22,357 nt of DNA from Candidatus Omnitrophota bacterium (GCA_021735045.1 JAIPHU010000015.1:1-22357); one strand, 5' to 3'. Counted from the stretch's first letter, positions 1 to 6,497 are shown. Notes: generated by a model from the sequence alone, not told the origin. A program made the numbers and translations.

Positions 1-642
1 CCAAATTTTTTCTTTATCAAATATATCAATTTTTATCCGATTAGGTATTAATCCTGTAGCATCTTCTTCTTCAATCCCCCGCAAAACAAATGTCCGCTTT
101 GCTTTATTATCAGAAGATAAAACATACACCCCGGAAGAAGCAGCAACATATGTATAGTCATCACCAGGCTCTATCGAGTATACAGATGTTTTTCCTATTC
201 CACTAACTTTTCTCCACCGGATAAAATCCTGATTTGAAATATAAAGACCTTTTGTTGTCCCCAGATAAAGGAAGCCATTGCCTTCAGCTGCCGATAATAT
301 TCTTTCTTCATCATCCGCGCTAAAAAGTTTTTCCCTTTTATCAGTTAACCGATAAAAATTATTAGAACAAACAATATAAAAAAGATTTGTTGCTTTTTGG
401 CTGAAAAAAATCTGCTGGATTTCCTCGTCAACAAATGAATAAATTTCTTGATACGTTTTCCCTTTATCTTTGCTTTTATAAAGAGAATTAAAAGAAGCTA
501 CATAGATTAAATCAGGAAAAAACGGCGATATAGCTACATCCTTGATGTTAGAGTCATTTATACCAGTTGCTAGTTGAAAAGCGGAAAAAGCAGGATACAC
601 TAAAAGAAAGATAAAAAGAAAGGAAAAAAGTAATCTTTTCAT
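1..642 (-). CDS. Secreted repeat protein, N-terminal 214 codons (C-terminus lies beyond the window start); possible Asp-box/BNR beta-propeller-like protein
   Basis: My own translation of the minus strand from ATG 642-640 stays open to position 1 (MKRLLFSFLFIFLLVYPAFSAFQLATG...). GGAGG lies 5 nt upstream of the ATG. The N-terminus is hydrophobic and signal-peptide-like. One clear Asp-box-like motif is present (SKDKGKTY = SxDxGxT[WY]). The ORF is absent from the supplied track because the window edge truncates it. Confidence 0.6.
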   Translation of the reverse strand, partial: MKRLLFSFLFIFLLVYPAFSAFQLATGINDSNIKDVAISPFFPDLIYVASFNSLYKSKDKGKTYQEIYSFVDEEIQQIFFSQKATNLFYIVCSNNFYRLTDKREKLFSADDEERILSAAEGNGFLYLGTTKGLYISNQDFIRWRKVSGIGKTSVYSIEPGDDYTYVAASSGVYVLSSDNKAKRTFVLRGIEEEDATGLIPNRIKIDIFDKEKIW

Positions 643-811
643 CGACTTCCTCCAATTTTAAAAAAATTGGCAATTATAAAAGGCAAGCCTATCAGAAAAC
701 TGTTTATGATCTTAAAATCTATAGAAAACTAAATTATATAACTGTCCACTCATCTTGATAAATAGTTCATTTTTGAATCGTCCAATTATTGAACTTTTCT
801 CTTTTTTCCCT

Positions 812-854
812 CCTTATGCAACAAAACAGGTTCAAACAAAAATGTTGCATAAGG
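812..854 (-). terminator. Perfect 11-bp stem hairpin (CCTTATGCAAC / GTTGCATAAGG, 21-nt loop) 10 nt downstream of the tRNA-Phe 3' end; possible tRNA terminator or processing hairpin
   Basis: The inverted repeat 812-822 / 844-854 was read directly. No clean U-tract follows on the minus strand, so function is uncertain. Confidence 0.35.
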
Positions 855-864
855 ATATTAAAAG

Positions 865-937
865 TGGCGAGGAAGGGAATCGAACCCCTGACGCAGGGAT
901 TTTCAGTCCCTCGCTCTACCGCCTGAGCTACCTCGCC
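865..937 (-). tRNA. tRNA-Phe (anticodon GAA), 73 nt, CCA not encoded
   Basis: The reverse complement folds as a cloverleaf: GGCGAGG TA GCTC AGGCGGTA GAGC G AGGGA CTGAAAA TCCCT GCGTC AGGGG TTCGATT CCCTT CCTCGCC A. The acceptor stem is a perfect 7 bp, the T-loop is TTCGATT, and the anticodon loop CTGAAAA gives GAA. Confidence 0.93.
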
Positions 938-989
938 AATAAAGTCGATAGTCAATAGTCCGTAGACCATAGTTAATGTAAAGAACGCT
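925..989. repeat. Direct repeat copy A (65 bp): first 13 nt of tRNA-Phe plus 52 nt of its upstream flank
   Basis: gagctacctcgccaataaagtcgatagtcaatagtccgtagaccatagttaatgtaaagaacgct is identical to 1088-1152. Confidence 0.9.
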
Positions 990-1087
990 ATGTGAAGGCG
1001 GGAACCGCCTGTTCAATGAGACTTTGATTTTTTAAGCTAAAAGCGAAAAAAATCATTAGTCGAATTAATCCCGACTATTTTGTCGGG

Positions 1088-1152
1088 GAGCTACCTCGCC
1101 AATAAAGTCGATAGTCAATAGTCCGTAGACCATAGTTAATGTAAAGAACGCT
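1088..1152. repeat. Direct repeat copy B (65 bp), identical to 925-989 but not followed by the rest of a tRNA
   Basis: Base-by-base comparison with copy A shows no mismatch. Reading the minus strand, copy B continues into the 98 nt at 1087-990 rather than into a D-arm. Confidence 0.9.
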
Positions 1153-1223
1153 TCTCATCAATTAATGAAAAATTATAGCATAGAAAAGTTATTAGGCAAG
1201 GATTTTTGAACAAAACAACAATT

Positions 1224-1250
1224 AAAAATTCCCACCTCGAAGGTGGGAAA
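1224..1250 (-). terminator. Rho-independent terminator after the response-regulator gene
   Basis: The minus strand reads TTCCCACCT TCGA GGTGGGAA followed by TTTTTAATTG. It lies about 30 nt downstream of the stop at 1279. Confidence 0.75.
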
Positions 1251-1278
1251 TGGTAAGTCTGGGTTGCCGGTTAGTTAG

Positions 1279-1650
1279 TTATCCCTGCATACTTAAAACT
1301 TCTTCTATAGAAGCTTTTAATTTTTTAGTTTCGACTGGTTTAGCTATGAAATGTTTACCCCCAATAGTTCTTTCTGCCTCTTCTTTCCGAACAATAGCTG
1401 TCAGAAATATTATGGGAATATTTTTTGTTTGGTAGTAACTGGCTAACTTTTCTGCAACTTCTGATCCTTCCATATCCGGCATTAAAATGTCTAAAAGAAT
1501 TAAGTCCGGAGATTCTTTTTTTGCTTTTTCAATTCCCTCACTACCGCTGTTAGCAACTACTACTTCGTATTGTTTGTCTTCTTCTAAGTTTAACTTAACA
1601 AACCAACATAAATCTTCTTCGTCATCAATTACTAATATTTTTTTAGCCAT
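1279..1650 (-). CDS. Single-domain CheY-like response regulator (receiver domain only, no output domain)
   Basis: 123 aa. It has the acidic pair D9-D10, the phospho-acceptor context LLDILMPDMEG (D54), T84 (FLTA) and K104 (AKP). The SD AGGTGGA lies 6 nt upstream of the ATG. Confidence 0.9.
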   Translation of the reverse strand: MAKKILVIDDEEDLCWFVKLNLEEDKQYEVVVANSGSEGIEKAKKESPDLILLDILMPDMEGSEVAEKLASYYQTKNIPIIFLTAIVRKEEAERTIGGKHFIAKPVETKKLKASIEEVLSMQG

Positions 1651-1677
1651 TTTTATCCACCTAATATTTAATAACCT

Positions 1678-2019
1678 TTACTCCTCTTGATCCTTTTTAA
1701 CTTCTTTCTCAGTTTTACCTACACTTTTTTTATCAACCAACTTCTTTAAAGCCTTGACTTTATCTTCAAGTGCTTTATTTTTTTCCCTTAATTCAGAAAT
1801 TTCCTTCTCTATTTCACTAAATCTTCTTGCTGTATATTCGTGGCGTCCTTCTAAACTTACAATACCGTCTTTCTTTTTTACTTTTGTCCCTCTAGGAACT
1901 ACATAATCAACACTTCCAATAGTGATTATCTCCATCCCCGGTGGTGCTTCCTTTTTATCAGCTTGCAAGGTTAAACAAACTAAATTTAAGGCTAAAATAA
2001 TAGCACCAATTTTTTTCAT
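1678..2019 (-). CDS. Secreted hypothetical protein with a C-terminal charged coiled-coil
   Basis: 113 aa. It has an N-terminal signal peptide (MKKIGAIILALNLVCLTLQA|DKK) and a heptad-like K/E-rich C-terminal half. I recognise no family. Confidence 0.7.
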   Translation of the reverse strand: MKKIGAIILALNLVCLTLQADKKEAPPGMEIITIGSVDYVVPRGTKVKKKDGIVSLEGRHEYTARRFSEIEKEISELREKNKALEDKVKALKKLVDKKSVGKTEKEVKKDQEE

Positions 2020-2044
2020 ACACTACTCTCTGCCGTTTTGTTTA

Positions 2045-2073
2045 ATTATACCACTGTTTTGATTAGGTGTAAA
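2045..2073 (-). promoter_or_regulatory. Sigma70-like promoter with extended -10 for the 113-aa / receiver gene pair
   Basis: The minus strand reads TTTACA (2073-2068), a 17-nt spacer, then TGG-TATAAT (-10 at 2050-2045 with an upstream TG). It sits immediately after the stop of the repeat-protein gene. Confidence 0.5.
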
Positions 2074-2084
2074 TTTTAATATTT

Positions 2085-2492
2085 TTATTCTGGTTGCTCG
2101 GGATCACCATCCGGGCTATCAAACTCCCCCTTGGAGCTATCAAAATCTCCTTCCGGTTGATCAAACTTTCCGTCCGGGCTCTCAAATGTACCTTGCGGGC
2201 TTTCAAACTCTCCGTCCGGGCTCTCAAATGTACCTTGCGGGCTTTCAAACTCTCCGTCCGGGCTCTCAAATGCACCGTCCGGGCTTTCAAACTCTCCGTC
2301 CGGGCTCTCAAATGCACCGTCCGGGCTTTCAAACTCTCCGTCCGGGCTCTCAAATGTACCGTCCGGGCTTTCAAACTCTCCGTCCGGGCTCTCAAATATG
2401 CCTTGCGGGCTTTCAAGATTTGCGGAGATAGCACTAGAACAGCTAAATACAAAGACTAAAACTAGTAGAGAAAATATTATTTTTGTTTTCAT
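2085..2492 (-). CDS. Secreted (possibly lipid-anchored) acidic protein made of 15 tandem FESPDGx heptapeptide repeats
   Basis: 135 aa. The signal peptide is MKTKIIFSLLVLVFVFSCSSAISA (Cys-containing, imperfect lipobox). The rest is LESPQGI, then FESP[DQ]Gx x11, then FDQPEGD FDSSKGE FDSPDGD PEQPE. This frame is preferred over the three overlapping repeat-derived ORFs because only it has a signal peptide and a non-repeat N-terminus. Confidence 0.75.
   Translation of the reverse strand: MKTKIIFSLLVLVFVFSCSSAISANLESPQGIFESPDGEFESPDGTFESPDGEFESPDGAFESPDGEFESPDGAFESPDGEFESPQGTFESPDGEFESPQGTFESPDGKFDQPEGDFDSSKGEFDSPDGDPEQPE
2158..2409. repeat. Tandem 42-bp repeat (two heptad codon blocks per unit), six units, inside the repeat-protein gene
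   Basis: The units start at 2158, 2200, 2242, 2284, 2326 and 2368. Units 2242-2283 and 2284-2325 are identical. The others differ from them at only a few positions. Degenerate 21-bp units continue on both sides, about 2100-2425. Confidence 0.9.
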
Positions 2493-2513
2493 TTTAATGG
2501 GATATATCTTAAA

Positions 2514-2879
2514 TTAGAAGTCCCACCATTTGCTGGTGATTTTATCCCGGTGGTATTTAAATATAGAATCATAGATTCCATTTTTAAAAGAATCTGGCAA
2601 GTTAGAAAAAACTAATCCAACCTTATTTTTTCTTGCTATTCTTTTCTGCCAAATTATCTTAGCTTTAACGTTTAAAGTAGTTTCGGGAAATATTAAAGAC
2701 AAAGGAACGGTTTTGTCTGCAGGCAAATCTGTATCAGAATCGACTAAAACACATGCGCCACTCATACTAATATCTTTTATTGCTCCAGATAAAATCTGCT
2801 GGTTATCTGGATTCTTGCAATCAATACAAAACGGCGCTTCAAATCTAACACATTTTCTTCGTTCTTTAGAATTTTTCAT
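2514..2879 (-). CDS. PilZ-domain protein (c-di-GMP receptor)
   Basis: 121 aa. It has RxxxR (R8-KCV-R12) and DxSxxG (D36-ISMSG41) at canonical spacing. Confidence 0.85.
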   Translation of the reverse strand: MKNSKERRKCVRFEAPFCIDCKNPDNQQILSGAIKDISMSGACVLVDSDTDLPADKTVPLSLIFPETTLNVKAKIIWQKRIARKNKVGLVFSNLPDSFKNGIYDSIFKYHRDKITSKWWDF

Positions 2880-2884
2880 ATTTA

Positions 2885-3214
2885 TTAATTAGTTGCTATA
2901 GTATTTAAAAACTTACGGTATTTGATCTTATGAAATTGAGGTACTTCAACAAATTCACAACCGAGATGATAGCGATCAGAAAATCTTTTCCGATTGCACC
3001 AAGCAACTTTAGTTTTAAAGTTAAAGATCTGTTTTATGAGATTTATTTTTAACTTTAAAGTTTGCCCTTTGGCAACAAAGTCATCACTGACAATTTTTAC
3101 TCCACCCAAACTTAAATCTTTAGTCACAGTGTATGAGTGCTGGGATGAATTCATTGGCTGATATTCAGCCGGAAAAGATAACTTATACCTAAAATATTCT
3201 CTTTTTTCTTCCAT
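2885..3214 (-). CDS. PilZ-domain protein (c-di-GMP receptor)
   Basis: 109 aa. It has RxxxR (R5-EYF-R9) and DxSxxG (D33-LSLGG38). The SD GGAGGGG lies just upstream of the ATG. Confidence 0.85.
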   Translation of the reverse strand: MEEKREYFRYKLSFPAEYQPMNSSQHSYTVTKDLSLGGVKIVSDDFVAKGQTLKLKINLIKQIFNFKTKVAWCNRKRFSDRYHLGCEFVEVPQFHKIKYRKFLNTIATN

Positions 3215-3249
3215 CGCCCCTCCAATTAACTAAGTTATTGGCCTTAAAA

Positions 3250-3294
3250 TAGAAAAACCTGGTACTGTCGCCTCCCTAGCAACAATTCCAGGTT
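3250..3294 (-). terminator. Terminator-like or attenuator-like hairpin in the leader of the PilZ genes
   Basis: The minus strand reads AACCTGG-AAT-TGTTGC-TAGGGAG-GCGACA-GTA-CCAGGTT followed by TTTCTATTTT. That gives a 7-bp outer and a 6-bp inner helix (one G.U). The U-rich tail ends about 36 nt before the PilZ ATG at 3214. Confidence 0.4.
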
Positions 3295-3370
3295 CCAAAG
3301 AAAACATAACATATTTTTTTTAGTTTTACAAGTAAACGTTTACTTTTTTTTAAAAAAATTATCTTATCTC

Positions 3371-3526
3371 TTATTTTTCCAATAAACTAATCACTTTATC
3401 TAACTTTAAAGAAATATCTTTAAGCTCTTTTAACTGTTTCTGCTGAAACTCTTCTTGTTTTGCTTGTAACTTCTTTGCCTGAGATGCCATTTTAGTCATA
3501 TCACCGAGTTTGTTAAAATCAAACAT
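3371..3526 (-). CDS. Small (51 aa) coiled-coil protein; N-terminus resembles the first helix of YbaB/EbfC-type proteins but the rest of that fold is absent
   Basis: The ORF is below the track length cut-off. Its sequence is MFDFNKLGDMTKMASQAKKLQAKQEEFQQKQLKELKDISLKLDKVISLLEK*. A strong SD, GGAGGA, lies 6 nt upstream of the ATG at 3526. Confidence 0.45.
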   Translation of the reverse strand: MFDFNKLGDMTKMASQAKKLQAKQEEFQQKQLKELKDISLKLDKVISLLEK

Positions 3527-3562
3527 GCAAATCCTCCTCTAATTAGTTAATCAATTATCATC

Positions 3563-3641
3563 TACGAATTTACTAATCTCTACGAATATACGAATAATAA
3601 AAAGCCTATTCGTAAATTCGCAACAGATTCGTACATTCGTT
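3563..3641. repeat. Array of heptamers: TACGAAT x3 direct, then ATTCGTA-type x4 inverted
   Basis: TACGAAT occurs at 3563, 3581 and 3589. ATTCGTA occurs at 3608 and 3627, ATTCGCA at 3616 and ATTCGTT at 3635. The core hairpin pairs TACGAATA (3589-3596) with TATTCGTA (3607-3614) and can extend outward with one mismatch. Confidence 0.6.
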
Positions 3642-3656
3642 GATTATTTATACTTA

Positions 3657-4787
3657 TCAATATATAGTTTTTATATAATTTTTATAGTTACTGATAATTT
3701 GAGCCAGCGAATCACTTCCGAACTTATCCAAAAAACTTTCTGTCAAGGCTATCGCACACATAGTTTCAGCTACTACAGAGCAAGCTACTACCGCAGAGGT
3801 ATCTGAACGAATCAGGGAAGCTTTTTGTTTTCTTTTGGTTTTAAGATTAACTGAGTCCAAAGGTTTTGCTAAAGTTGCTATTGGCTTCATAGCAATACGA
3901 ATCACTATCGGCTCCCCGTTTGAAATACCTGCTTCTATCCCCCCGGAGTTATTGGTTTTATGATAATATCCTTTATCTTTTGAATAATAGATAGCATCAT
4001 GAGACTGGGAACCTCTTTTGTCAGCATAGCTAAAACCAGCTCCGATTTCTACGCCTTTTACAGCTGGGATACTCATCAAATACTGAGCTAGCTTAGCATC
4101 AACTCTTTGATCAAACTGCATAAAAGTTCCCAAACCAACTGGAACAGGTGCAGCCCAAATCTCAATTATTCCGCCTAAACTATCTTTTTTCTCTTTTGCT
4201 TGCTCAATCTGCTTAAGCATTTCCTGCTGGTCTTTTTTATCCAATGTTTTCACCTTAGACTTTTTTGTCTTTTTGAAGATAAAATCTATATCCTTTGGAG
4301 TTTTGTTAGTTTGATAACTACCAATTTGCTTGATATAGCTTACAACCCTTGTTTTAAAAGTAGCAAGAAACTGCTTACAAACTGAACCAACGCAAACCCG
4401 AGCCGCAGTTTCCCGGGCTGAAGCTCTTTCTAAAATATTATTAATATCTTTTTCATTATATTTTAATGACCCGGCTAAATCAGCATGAGCCGGCCTAGCT
4501 ACATTTTTTTCTTCTAAGCTATCTTTATTTTGGGGATTAATTTTTGCATCTTTATTTTTAATAACCATAGCAATCGGAGAACCAAGAGTAATTTTATTCC
4601 GCAGGCCAGATAAAATTTCTACTTTATCTTTTTCAATCTGCATTCGGCCACCCCGGCCTGGGCCCTGCATTCTTTTTTCTAATTCAGAATTAATAGCAGT
4701 ATCTGTAATCCTTACTCCTTTAGGAAAACCTTCTAAAATAACAGTTAAGGCTTTACCATGGCTTTCTCCAGCAGTTAAAAACCTCAT
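3657..4787 (-). CDS. aroC: Chorismate synthase
   Basis: It has the canonical N-terminus MRFLTAGESHG and the RPGHAD-like block RPAHADL. The ORF extends to ATG 4793, but the SD AAGGAG (4799-4794) abuts that codon and lies 6 nt from ATG 4787. I therefore prefer 4787, with 4793 as the alternative. Confidence 0.93.
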   Translation of the reverse strand: MRFLTAGESHGKALTVILEGFPKGVRITDTAINSELEKRMQGPGRGGRMQIEKDKVEILSGLRNKITLGSPIAMVIKNKDAKINPQNKDSLEEKNVARPAHADLAGSLKYNEKDINNILERASARETAARVCVGSVCKQFLATFKTRVVSYIKQIGSYQTNKTPKDIDFIFKKTKKSKVKTLDKKDQQEMLKQIEQAKEKKDSLGGIIEIWAAPVPVGLGTFMQFDQRVDAKLAQYLMSIPAVKGVEIGAGFSYADKRGSQSHDAIYYSKDKGYYHKTNNSGGIEAGISNGEPIVIRIAMKPIATLAKPLDSVNLKTKRKQKASLIRSDTSAVVACSVVAETMCAIALTESFLDKFGSDSLAQIISNYKNYIKTIY

Positions 4788-4812
4788 TTTCATCTCCTTA
4801 ATTTATTTTTTT

Positions 4813-5634
4813 TTACACTATAAAGTTCCATATATTATTGCCCCAAACAAAAACTATAAAAGTCGCAATAGACAAATACGGTAAATAGGGAATAAGATGT
4901 GACTTCTTAAAAATCAAAGCAAAAACAGTGTAAGCTAAAGCGACAAAAGGCGCTAAAAAAAATACTAAAATAACAGCCTTTATCCCTAAAAAAACACCAA
5001 TCAACCCCATAAAATCTACATCACCTAAGCCTAAAGACTCAGTTTCTCCTTCGATAGACTCTTTTTTACAAATAGATAAATAAATCCCTATAAAAAAATC
5101 TCCAAAAAGCTTAAAAAAATAAGCAAAACCTAAACCAAAAATCAACCCTTTTAGGCTCTTAAACAACGGCATTGAACCAAGATTGAAATTACCTTCCTTA
5201 AACACTAGCAAGGTATTGACCCCTGAAAAAATCAAAGCCACAACTATTCCTAAGATGCATAAATAAGCCGGTATAGCGTGATATTTTATATCAATAAAGG
5301 AAACAACTATTAATAAAAAAAACAATATACTATATTTAAGCAAATCTGGATTAAGCCCAAACTGATTGTAAAGCCAGAAAAAAATAAAAGCAGTAATCAG
5401 CTCAACGGTCGGGTAGATAAGAGATATTCTTCTTCGGCAAAATCGGCATCTTCCCCTTAATAAAATATAACTCAATACAGGAATATTATCATACCAATTA
5501 ATAGTTTTCTTGCAATGCGGACAATATGACCGAGGTTTTATTATCGATTGGTCCTGAGGGAATCTAGCAATACATACATTTAAAAAACTTCCCACACATA
5601 AACCAAAAACAAATATAGCTATTGATTCTATCAT
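4813..5634 (-). CDS. pilD: Prepilin (type IV leader) peptidase / N-methyltransferase, A24 family
   Basis: 273 aa and polytopic. It has the N-terminal CPHC...CRFC zinc motif and a second catalytic Asp in LGLGDVDF (GxGD-type). Its start overlaps the aroE stop (ATGA). Confidence 0.88.
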   Translation of the reverse strand: MIESIAIFVFGLCVGSFLNVCIARFPQDQSIIKPRSYCPHCKKTINWYDNIPVLSYILLRGRCRFCRRRISLIYPTVELITAFIFFWLYNQFGLNPDLLKYSILFFLLIVVSFIDIKYHAIPAYLCILGIVVALIFSGVNTLLVFKEGNFNLGSMPLFKSLKGLIFGLGFAYFFKLFGDFFIGIYLSICKKESIEGETESLGLGDVDFMGLIGVFLGIKAVILVFFLAPFVALAYTVFALIFKKSHLIPYLPYLSIATFIVFVWGNNIWNFIV

Positions 5635-6497
5635 CGCCTACCTTCTTTAGTTAAAGCCTCTTTCATTATAGCCGCAACATTATCTAATTCCAAATTAATT
5701 CCGGTAAAATGAAGAAAGGACTCTGCACCCTGATAAACAAGCATCCCCAATCCATTAGAAAATTTTAAGCCTTTATCTTTAGCTGCAGCTAAAATTTTAG
5801 TCATAGCCGGATTATAAATAAGATCATAAACAACTAAATCTTTGCAGAAAAGCTCTTCTGGAACAATTAACGGATCACTCTCTTTTAACCCTACTGGAGT
5901 TGCATTTATAAGCAGGTTTTTTTTGAATATATCTAAAGCTTTAACACTTTCGGCTTGATTGATTTTAGTATCAGCCCCTAGGTAATCGGACCAGCCTTTA
6001 GCTCTTTTTACCAGCTCTTTTGCCTTTTTTTTATCGATATCAAATATAGATATAGTTTTAACTTTATCTTTTAACAAGGAGTAAACTACCGCCTTTGCTG
6101 CCCCACCAGCTCCTAACAAGGCAACTTTAAACTGATAAGGATCCACTAATTCTTGGAGATGTTTTGAGAATCCTAAAAAGTCAGTATTAAACCCTTTTAA
6201 CTTTCCATCTTCTACTACTAAAGTATTAGCAGCCCCAATTTTTTCTACAGCATCGGATTTCTGATCTAGATAAGGTAATATCTTTTCTTTATAAGGAACC
6301 GTAACATTTAAACCTTTGATATTATCTTCTCTTAAAGAACTGATAAAACTGCCTAAATTTTTAAGTTCCACTGGATAAAGATGATAGCGATAAGATAGAT
6401 CAAACTCCTTAAAGGCCGCATTATGCATCTTAGGTGAAAGAGAGTGCCCTATCGGGTAACCGACCAAGCCACATTTTATTGTAGTTTCATTATCCAT
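5631..6497 (-). CDS. aroE: Shikimate dehydrogenase
   Basis: 288 aa. It has the GYPIGHSLSP substrate motif, NVTVPYK, and the GAGGAAKAV dinucleotide fold. Confidence 0.92.
   Translation of the reverse strand: MDNETTIKCGLVGYPIGHSLSPKMHNAAFKEFDLSYRYHLYPVELKNLGSFISSLREDNIKGLNVTVPYKEKILPYLDQKSDAVEKIGAANTLVVEDGKLKGFNTDFLGFSKHLQELVDPYQFKVALLGAGGAAKAVVYSLLKDKVKTISIFDIDKKKAKELVKRAKGWSDYLGADTKINQAESVKALDIFKKNLLINATPVGLKESDPLIVPEELFCKDLVVYDLIYNPAMTKILAAAKDKGLKFSNGLGMLVYQGAESFLHFTGINLELDNVAAIMKEALTKEGRR

Noticed and set aside
651-669. CCAATTTT-AAA-AAAATTGG inverted repeat overlapping the RBS of the first gene
   Set aside because: The stem is only 8 bp and almost pure A/T, in an AT-rich intergenic region. 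Such a repeat is expected by chance and would be thermodynamically weak.
755-970. 67-aa ORFs on both strands overlapping the tRNA-Phe region
   Set aside because: They span a well-folded tRNA and its flanks. They have no RBS and low-complexity translations, so the tRNA call explains the conservation-like GC content.
865-1250. Integrated mobile element at the tRNA-Phe gene
   Set aside because: The direct repeats flank only 98 bp. The duplicated part is the tRNA 5' end rather than the usual 3' end, and no integrase, transposase or other cargo is present. It is kept only as a possible scar in the findings.
2100-2425. Possible CRISPR array, suggested by the regular short repeats
   Set aside because: The repeats are contiguous with no unique spacers. 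The period is 21/42 bp in frame with a coding sequence, and no cas genes are nearby.
2063-2459. Three additional long ORFs across the tandem repeat: 2063-2452 minus, 2094-2459 plus and 2186-2431 plus
   Set aside because: They exist only because a 21/42-bp periodic repeat lacks stops in several frames. They encode R/K/L-rich periodic strings, and have no signal peptide, no RBS and no non-repeat termini. The 2085-2492 frame has a proper signal peptide and start context.
3215-3370. c-di-GMP riboswitch in front of the PilZ genes
   Set aside because: I could not find the tetraloop/receptor pair or the conserved junction nucleotides of GEMM-I/II. Only a generic terminator-like hairpin is visible.
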